Part shown: positions 26,750 through 32,000 of the stretch, one piece after another
Position numbering within the stretch: position 1 is the stretch's first letter
Layout: the number at the start of each line of letters is the position of its first letter
From: Alkalibacter saccharofermentans DSM 14828
Lineage (GTDB): Bacteria; Bacillota; Clostridia; Eubacteriales; Alkalibacteraceae
Assembly (NCBI RefSeq): GCF_900128885.1
Contig: NZ_FQTU01000002.1
Span: 1,385 to 33,384 of the forward strand
Direction of reading: 5' to 3'
DNA length: 32,000 nucleotides
Made by a program: the position numbers and the translations under genes
The notes under the pieces: model-generated
Seen by the model: only the letters and a program-made list of their open reading frames with translations
What the model was told of the DNA's origin: nothing
Databases searched by the model: none

Positions 26750-28087
26750 TCACTCCCTATATTCTACCAAATTGCCGAACTGTGTATATTCTTCATGCCA
26801 GGAAAGCTTTATTACCCCTGTAGAGCCATTCCTTTGCTTTGCAATGTTAAGTTCTGCAATATTTTTATCCTCGGGATCTTTTGAGTAGTAATGGTTCCTG
26901 AAAAGCATCATTACCACATCTGCATCCTGCTCGATTGCACCCGATTCCCTAAGATCCGAAAGAATAGGTCGATGATCTGTTCTGGCATCTGGAGCCCTGC
27001 TCAACTGTGACAGGGCAATTACTGGGCACTGCATCTCTCTAGCCAAAGCCTTTAAAGATCTAGATATTGCAGATATCTCCTGCTGACGGTTCTCGCTTCT
27101 TTTCGAACCCTCCATTAGCTGAAGGTAGTCTATGAGAATCATATCCAAACCATGCTCAAGCTTTAACCTTCTAGTTTTTGATCTCATTTCCATTACAGTT
27201 ACTCCAGGTGTATCGTCTATATAAATTTTACTGCTTGATAAAACAGAGGTAGCGTAGGCCAGCTTTTGCCAATCTTTATCCGTAAGATTTCCCGTCCTTA
27301 GATTCTGGCTATTGATATGTGCCTCGCTACAAAGCATCCTCTGAGTTAACAGCTCTTTGCTCATTTCCAGACTGAATATGGCAACAGACTTCTTTGCCTT
27401 TACCGCCGCATGTTGAGCTACGTTCAGTGCTAATGCAGTTTTTCCCATAGATGGTCTGGCTGCGATAAGCACCAAATCCGCCTTTTGCATTCCTGCTGTC
27501 ATATGATCCAAATCTGTAAATCCGGTAGGCACTCCGGTTATGGTATTGTTGTTTTTTTGAATATCTTCGATGCTCTCTAGCGTTCCTACAAGAGCTTCTT
27601 TTATATGGACAAAATCGCCGGTCTTCTGTCTTTGAGACAGCTCAAAAATATTCTTTTCAGCCATTTCAAGTACTTCATCCGCATCGTCTCCGTTTGTATA
27701 GCATTCGTTTATAACTTCCATAGACGAGCTTATAAGAGATCTCAGCAAGGCTTTTTCCTTGACAATGTCACAATATGTCCGCACGTTTGTGGATACCGGG
27801 ACATTATCTATAAGCTCCGCAAGATAACCTCTTCCGCCTACTTTTTCCAAAACATTTGTATCCTTCAGCTTGTTGGTCAATGTTATTAAATCAACAGGCA
27901 AGTCTTCCTTGAAAAGCTCAACTATTCCGTCGAATATGGCCTTGTGCTGCGCATTATAAAACATATCACTGTCAGTTATCAACTCCGTCGCTGTGGATAT
28001 TGCATCCTTGCTGACAAGCATGGCTCCTAAAACCGATTGTTCCGCATCGATATTATTCGGCGGAACTTTTATCATATTTTCTGACAA
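26750..28087 (-). CDS. dnaB: Replicative DNA helicase
   Basis: PPNNIDAEQSVLGAML at the N-terminus, Walker A AARPSMGKTALAL, and the RecA-like C-domain motif. TTG start lies 7 nt after GAGGTG. Confidence 0.95.
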   Translation of the reverse strand: MSENMIKVPPNNIDAEQSVLGAMLVSKDAISTATELITDSDMFYNAQHKAIFDGIVELFKEDLPVDLITLTNKLKDTNVLEKVGGRGYLAELIDNVPVSTNVRTYCDIVKEKALLRSLISSSMEVINECYTNGDDADEVLEMAEKNIFELSQRQKTGDFVHIKEALVGTLESIEDIQKNNNTITGVPTGFTDLDHMTAGMQKADLVLIAARPSMGKTALALNVAQHAAVKAKKSVAIFSLEMSKELLTQRMLCSEAHINSQNLRTGNLTDKDWQKLAYATSVLSSSKIYIDDTPGVTVMEMRSKTRRLKLEHGLDMILIDYLQLMEGSKRSENRQQEISAISRSLKALAREMQCPVIALSQLSRAPDARTDHRPILSDLRESGAIEQDADVVMMLFRNHYYSKDPEDKNIAELNIAKQRNGSTGVIKLSWHEEYTQFGNLVEYRE

Positions 28088-28105
28088 GTTTGTTCACCTC
28101 TAAAA

Positions 28106-28552
28106 TTATTTCCCTTTAACCGTTACAGTCAAATCTCCGGTAATACCAGCATGAGTCTTTATAGTAACTGTGAATCTGCCTATATTTCTTATAGGCTCGC
28201 TTAATTGGATCTTTCTTTTATCTATGTCAAATCCTAAGTCTTTCTTAATGGCTTCGGCCAAGTCCTTACTGGTAATCGACCCAAATAATCTTCCCTCGTC
28301 TGAAGCTTTTTCGGCAATTTCTAAGTTTGAATCAGATAATTTTTTTGCAAGTTCTTTTGCCTCTTCTATTTCTTTTTGTATAGCTGCCTGCTGCTTCTGT
28401 TTATCTTCATCATTTTTCTTTAAATTATCTTTTGTAGCTTCTACTGCAAGGTTCTTAGGAGCTAAAAAGTTTCTGAAGTATCCATCCTTTGCATTTACTA
28501 CATCTCCCTTTTTACCCATTCCTTTTACATCTTCAAGCAATATTACCTTCAT
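28106..28552 (-). CDS. rplI: 50S ribosomal protein L9
   Basis: [30 protein letters not shown]. The ATG overlaps the gdpP stop (ATGA). Confidence 0.95.
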   Translation of the reverse strand: MKVILLEDVKGMGKKGDVVNAKDGYFRNFLAPKNLAVEATKDNLKKNDEDKQKQQAAIQKEIEEAKELAKKLSDSNLEIAEKASDEGRLFGSITSKDLAEAIKKDLGFDIDKRKIQLSEPIRNIGRFTVTIKTHAGITGDLTVTVKGK

Positions 28553-30543
28553 TTATCTTCACCTTCCTTTAAGTATTCGTCTATTGCATTTTTCAACATC
28601 TCTCGGGCGGTTTCTATATCTGTGTCTGTTAGCTGTGCTCCAGCGACCGTCATATGCCCTCCGCCTCCAAGGGTTTCAAGTATCCGTTGAACATTTAATC
28701 CACCATAGGATCTGCCGCTAATTATAGCTGTATTGTCTCCCAAGGCTATAACGAAGGACGCCTCCACTCCCTGTATGTTCATTAACTCATCTGCTGTTTG
28801 AGCCGTGATCAAATTGGCCTTATCAGATTGATCGTTAACTATTGCAATTGCTATATTTCCCTTGATGAACTGCGCCTCTTTCAAAGCTTGGGATTTTGCA
28901 ATCAGCACCTCCCTGTCGTCTTTGAGAAGCTTTTTTGCTTTAAGGGTATCAGCTCCGTTTTTTCTTAAAAAAGATGCAGCCTCGAAAGTTCTCACCCCGG
29001 TTTTAATAGCAAAGTTTTTTGTATCCATATAAATCCCCGCTAAGAGCGCAGTCGCTTCAATTTCGGTCAGCTCCACGCCATCGTCAATGTATTCGATTAT
29101 TTCGCTAACTAGCTCGCATGTCGAGGAAGCATACGGCTCTAAATAGGTCAATACTGACTCTTCGATAAATTCAGCTGCCCTTATATGATGGTCTATGACA
29201 ATTATTTTGCCGACTTTATCTATCAGATCAGGATCCTGAACCAGGTTTCTCTTGTGAACATCGACTATTACCAAAACGGTATCTTCATTGGCAGCTTTCC
29301 TTGCACTTTCAGAAGAAGACAATGCGGTTTCGTACCCATTTTCCATCAATTCCTTATAAAGAACATCTATAGACGGATTGCTTTTATCCAATACTATCGA
29401 AGCTTCTTTCCCTAAAAACCGTGCACATCTAAAAATCCCGAGCGCAGCTCCCAATGAATCGATATCTGGGTTCTCGTGTCCCATCACAAGTACATTCTCA
29501 GAATTTTCCATCAGCTCTTTTATCCCATGAGCTTTGATCCTTGCCTTGACTTTTGTACGCTTTTCAACCGCCTGAGTTTTCCCTCCAAAATACGATAGCT
29601 TTCCGTCTTTTCTAAGTACCGCTTGGTCTCCTCCTCTAGCAAGAGCTATGTCCAACGCAGACTTTGAAAGCTCCTGTAATTGAGGAAAAGAAAGCTTCTG
29701 ATCCGATATCCCCACACCTATGCTGAGGGTTATTGGAATCTTGTTTCCCGATTGTGTTTCTCTCATTATATCCAAGATATTAAATCTTTTTTCTTCCATA
29801 ACTGATAAGTACTCATATTCAAACATCATGAGGTATTGATCCGGATCGTATTTATTTACGTATGCATTCATATCTTTGGCCCAAGCATTGATCTTCCTGT
29901 CTATGATTGCAGTAATCAAAGGCTTGTAGCTGTCTTTGCTGCTTTTAAGCACTTCATCGTAATTATCTACCTGTATAAAGGCTATCACGGGCCTTTCCAG
30001 CAGGTATCTATCCATTAGTTCCTCGTATTCCGTATAATCAATCCAGTATAGCATCCTGATTTTTTCACTATTAATATTCTTTACGCTATTAGTATATACC
30101 CTGTAGTGATTGCCTTCATAGTAATAGGTGATGAACTTATCTTCACGCTGATAGAATTTTTCAATGTCTAAGTCTTCAAAGACCTGTTTAAGGCTCTTAT
30201 TCAATAAATTTCTTCTATCACCCAAGATATTTCTAAAATCACTGTTGTACCACAATACAGTATCATCTTCTTTGAGAATCACAAGGGGAAAAGGCAACTC
30301 CAACAGAATGTTCTGGGTAGCTGTATCGATATCCAATGCCAGATTCTCCACCAGCTCTTTCCAACGCTCTTCGCTTTTGGTGGCGGCTTTAATTTTGTAA
30401 TATATTAGATAAATCAATATCAAGGTTCCCGTTATTGCTATTGCTAGGTTGAAAGCATATATTACTGCTACCAAAATAGCTATTATCCATAAGTATATAT
30501 TTGTATTGGGAATAAAAAAGTTTGTAAACTTTTTGTTGTCCAG
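28549..30543 (-). CDS. gdpP: GdpP/YybT-like c-di-AMP phosphodiesterase (2 TM helices, PAS-like domain, degenerate GGDEF, DHH/DHHA1)
   Basis: [13 protein letters not shown] (DHH motif I), VIDHH and [12 protein letters not shown] (DHHA1). The track start (TTG 30474) cuts the first TM helix and has no RBS. The frame stays open upstream to a TAA, and a CTG at 30543-30541 lies 6 nt after GGGAGGG. The 5' end is therefore given as the CTG and is uncertain. Confidence 0.85.
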   Translation of the reverse strand: MDNKKFTNFFIPNTNIYLWIIAILVAVIYAFNLAIAITGTLILIYLIYYKIKAATKSEERWKELVENLALDIDTATQNILLELPFPLVILKEDDTVLWYNSDFRNILGDRRNLLNKSLKQVFEDLDIEKFYQREDKFITYYYEGNHYRVYTNSVKNINSEKIRMLYWIDYTEYEELMDRYLLERPVIAFIQVDNYDEVLKSSKDSYKPLITAIIDRKINAWAKDMNAYVNKYDPDQYLMMFEYEYLSVMEEKRFNILDIMRETQSGNKIPITLSIGVGISDQKLSFPQLQELSKSALDIALARGGDQAVLRKDGKLSYFGGKTQAVEKRTKVKARIKAHGIKELMENSENVLVMGHENPDIDSLGAALGIFRCARFLGKEASIVLDKSNPSIDVLYKELMENGYETALSSSESARKAANEDTVLVIVDVHKRNLVQDPDLIDKVGKIIVIDHHIRAAEFIEESVLTYLEPYASSTCELVSEIIEYIDDGVELTEIEATALLAGIYMDTKNFAIKTGVRTFEAASFLRKNGADTLKAKKLLKDDREVLIAKSQALKEAQFIKGNIAIAIVNDQSDKANLITAQTADELMNIQGVEASFVIALGDNTAIISGRSYGGLNVQRILETLGGGGHMTVAGAQLTDTDIETAREMLKNAIDEYLKEGEDK

Positions 30544-30575
30544 ATTAATCCCTCCCTTAATGACATGGCATAAAT

Positions 30576-30603
30576 ATTATACCACATACACTATTCATGT
30601 ACA
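30576..30603 (-). promoter_or_regulatory. Candidate promoter of gdpP-rplI-dnaB
   Basis: On the minus strand: TGTACA, 16-nt spacer, TGG-TATAAT (extended -10, 30581-30576). Confidence 0.5.
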
Positions 30604-30688
30604 CGGATGATAGGCATAAAAACGGCTTATCTGATCCAACATTTCCAAATCACTATTTCATTTGATCAGTTTTCGTATGGTTGGCAAA

Positions 30689-30713
30689 TAAAAAGATCCC
30701 CGTTAAGGGATCC
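30689..30713 (-). terminator. Intrinsic terminator after rpsR
   Basis: On the minus strand: GGATCCC-TTAAC-GGGGATC hairpin followed by TTTTTATTT. Confidence 0.7.
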
Positions 30714-30722
30714 TACAGTTCT

Positions 30723-30950
30723 TTATTCAGCTGTATACGGCAACAAAGCGATGCTTCTTGCCCTTTTGATAGCAACCGTTAATTCTCTTTGGTGTTTAGC
30801 ACAATTTCCGGTTACCCTTCTTGGAAGGATCTTTCCTCTTTCTGACACGTATTTGCTCAATGTCTTAAGATCCTTGTAATCTATAGCTCCAGATTTGCTT
30901 TCGCAAAAGTTGCAAACTTTTTTTCTGCTTCTTCTGAAAGGTTTAGCCAT
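30723..30950 (-). CDS. rpsR: 30S ribosomal protein S18
   Basis: [17 protein letters not shown]...[29 protein letters not shown]. Confidence 0.95.
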   Translation of the reverse strand: MAKPFRRSRKKVCNFCESKSGAIDYKDLKTLSKYVSERGKILPRRVTGNCAKHQRELTVAIKRARSIALLPYTAE

Positions 30951-30966
30951 GTTTTTCCCTCCTTAC

Positions 30967-31410
30967 TTAAAATGGAAGATCGTCATCTTCGTCTTCCAAC
31001 GGCTGGAAATCATCCATTGGAACTCCATAATCCTGGTCTTGTCTATTTTGATCCTGTCTGGCTGGAGAATAGCTTCCGCCTTGTCTTCCCTGCCCTGATC
31101 CTGAACTTAAGAATTCAATCTCTTCGCAAACAACTTCAGTTACGTACCTTTTGCTACCGTCGTTTGCTTCATAGTTACGGGTTTGAATTCTTCCGTATAC
31201 ACCGACCTGGCTACCTTTACCAACATACTTGGCTGCATTTTCACCTTGGTTTCCCCATGCGACACAGTTTATGAAATCTGCATCCGGCTGACCTTCTTGT
31301 TTAAACCTTCTGTTGACAGCGAGGCTGAAGGTAGCTACTGCTGTGCCCTTTTGGGTGTATCTCAATTCAATGTCTCTTGTCAGACGACCTATGAGTACGA
31401 TCTTGTTCAT
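30967..31410 (-). CDS. ssb: Single-stranded DNA-binding protein
   Basis: OB-fold N-terminus [19 protein letters not shown], Gly/Gln-rich linker, and acidic tail DEDDDLPF. Confidence 0.95.
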   Translation of the reverse strand: MNKIVLIGRLTRDIELRYTQKGTAVATFSLAVNRRFKQEGQPDADFINCVAWGNQGENAAKYVGKGSQVGVYGRIQTRNYEANDGSKRYVTEVVCEEIEFLSSGSGQGRQGGSYSPARQDQNRQDQDYGVPMDDFQPLEDEDDDLPF

Positions 31411-31425
31411 TGTTTATCACTCCGA

Positions 31426-31713
31426 TTAAGCATCTTTTTTTATTATCATGTGACGTACAAAGTTTTCAGATATTTTAAATCCGTGATCTAAATCAGCTAA
31501 AAGCTCATTGTTACCTTTAAAGTTGATTAAAACATAGTAACCTTCAGTGAACTTGTTCTTGATTTTGTACGCTAGTTTTCTTTTTCCCCACTCTTCAACT
31601 GTTTCAACTTCACCTTTTGCCGAAATCATACCTTTGATTTTTTCGATATTTTCTGAAATTTGCTCAGTAGAAAGTTCAGGATTGTAAATAATCACTGTTT
31701 CATAACTGTTCAT
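31426..31713 (-). CDS. rpsF: 30S ribosomal protein S6
   Basis: MNSYETVIIYNPELS...WGKRKLAYKI. RBS GGGAGGTG. Confidence 0.95.
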   Translation of the reverse strand: MNSYETVIIYNPELSTEQISENIEKIKGMISAKGEVETVEEWGKRKLAYKIKNKFTEGYYVLINFKGNNELLADLDHGFKISENFVRHMIIKKDA

Positions 31714-31769
31714 TTTTTCACCTCCCTTTGGACTTATGGCTCTCTAAAAGAGAGCAAGGATGCACGCAG
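31714..31769 (-). promoter_or_regulatory. Structured 5' leader of rpsF (candidate S6:S18 autoregulatory element)
   Basis: The minus-strand leader contains the hairpin GCUCUCU-UUU-AGAGAGC flanked by CUU/AAG, immediately upstream of the RBS. Firmicute rpsF operons are known to carry an S6:S18-binding leader. I cannot verify its conserved internal-loop nucleotides from memory. Confidence 0.35.
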
Positions 31770-31776
31770 TGTTTCT

Positions 31777-31804
31777 ATTATAACACAACCACATTTTAGT
31801 ACAA
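31777..31804 (-). promoter_or_regulatory. Candidate promoter of rpsF-ssb-rpsR
   Basis: On the minus strand: TTGTAC, 16-nt spacer, TGT-TATAAT (extended -10). Confidence 0.55.
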
Positions 31805-31818
31805 CTATATTTCAAAAA

Positions 31819-32000
31819 TTATTTGATATTGCCGATTATTTTTTTCACTCGTTTTTGAAATTTCTCCCTGTCGAGCATCACGATCCTGCCACAACCCGAA
31901 CATTTTATTTTAATGTCCATCCCTATCCTGACCACCGTCCACTTATTGCTTCCGCAAGGATGATTTTTTTTTGTCTCCACGACATCTCCTAGGTTGATGT
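31819..32000 (-). CDS. DUF951 (YyzM-like) small protein. The 5' end is cut by the right window edge.
   Basis: Own translation of the reverse strand: ..INLGDVVETKKNHPCGSNKWTVVRIGMDIKIKCSGCGRIVMLDREKFQKRVKKIIGNIK, stop TAA at 31821-31819. The HPCG..W...R.G.D....C..C pattern and the position just upstream of rpsF are typical of DUF951. It is not in the ORF track because the frame is open-ended. Confidence 0.75.
   Translation of the reverse strand, partial: INLGDVVETKKNHPCGSNKWTVVRIGMDIKIKCSGCGRIVMLDREKFQKRVKKIIGNIK

Noticed and set aside
28170-28721. 183-aa plus-strand ORF, the longest antisense ORF in the window
   Set aside because: It lies antisense to rplI and the gdpP 3' end. It is a low-complexity Ser/Phe/Leu protein with no RBS, typical of a shadow of a Lys/Glu-rich gene.
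31660-31992. 110-aa plus-strand ORF at the right edge
   Set aside because: It overlaps the rpsF start, its promoter and leader, and the minus-strand DUF951 frame. That frame has a recognisable conserved pattern (HPCG..W..R.G.D..C..C) and the expected synteny.

Overview
This is a low-GC, Firmicutes/Clostridia-like chromosomal segment, transcribed almost entirely on the minus strand. The right ~13 kb is a conserved origin-proximal housekeeping block: DUF951, rpsF-ssb-rpsR, gdpP-rplI-dnaB, an FAD protein, purA, rsmI, abrB, T-box-metG, rpmE and prmC. The middle holds sugar and redox genes. These are glcT-RAT-ptsG, a three-gene NuoE/NuoF/giant GltD-FDH-like flavin-FeS complex, a TetR regulator, a signal-less RdhA-like protein, a GH3 beta-glucosidase and an AKR-FeS oxidoreductase. 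The main result is at the left edge. The supplied ORF track lists no minus-strand ORF below 3452, but the reverse strand of 1-3228 is one uninterrupted 1076-codon frame. It runs off the window edge, which is presumably why it was not listed. It encodes a compact Cas9 with every RuvC and HNH catalytic motif intact. Directly upstream and co-oriented (about 3287-3382) is a candidate tracrRNA with its own promoter and terminator. Its anti-repeat/nexus (GUUGCUACAAUAAGG) closely resembles the Neisseria meningitidis type II-C tracrRNA as I recall it. No cas1, cas2 or CRISPR array is visible in the window. If they exist, they lie beyond nt 1. All functional calls come from reading motifs by eye. No database search was run.
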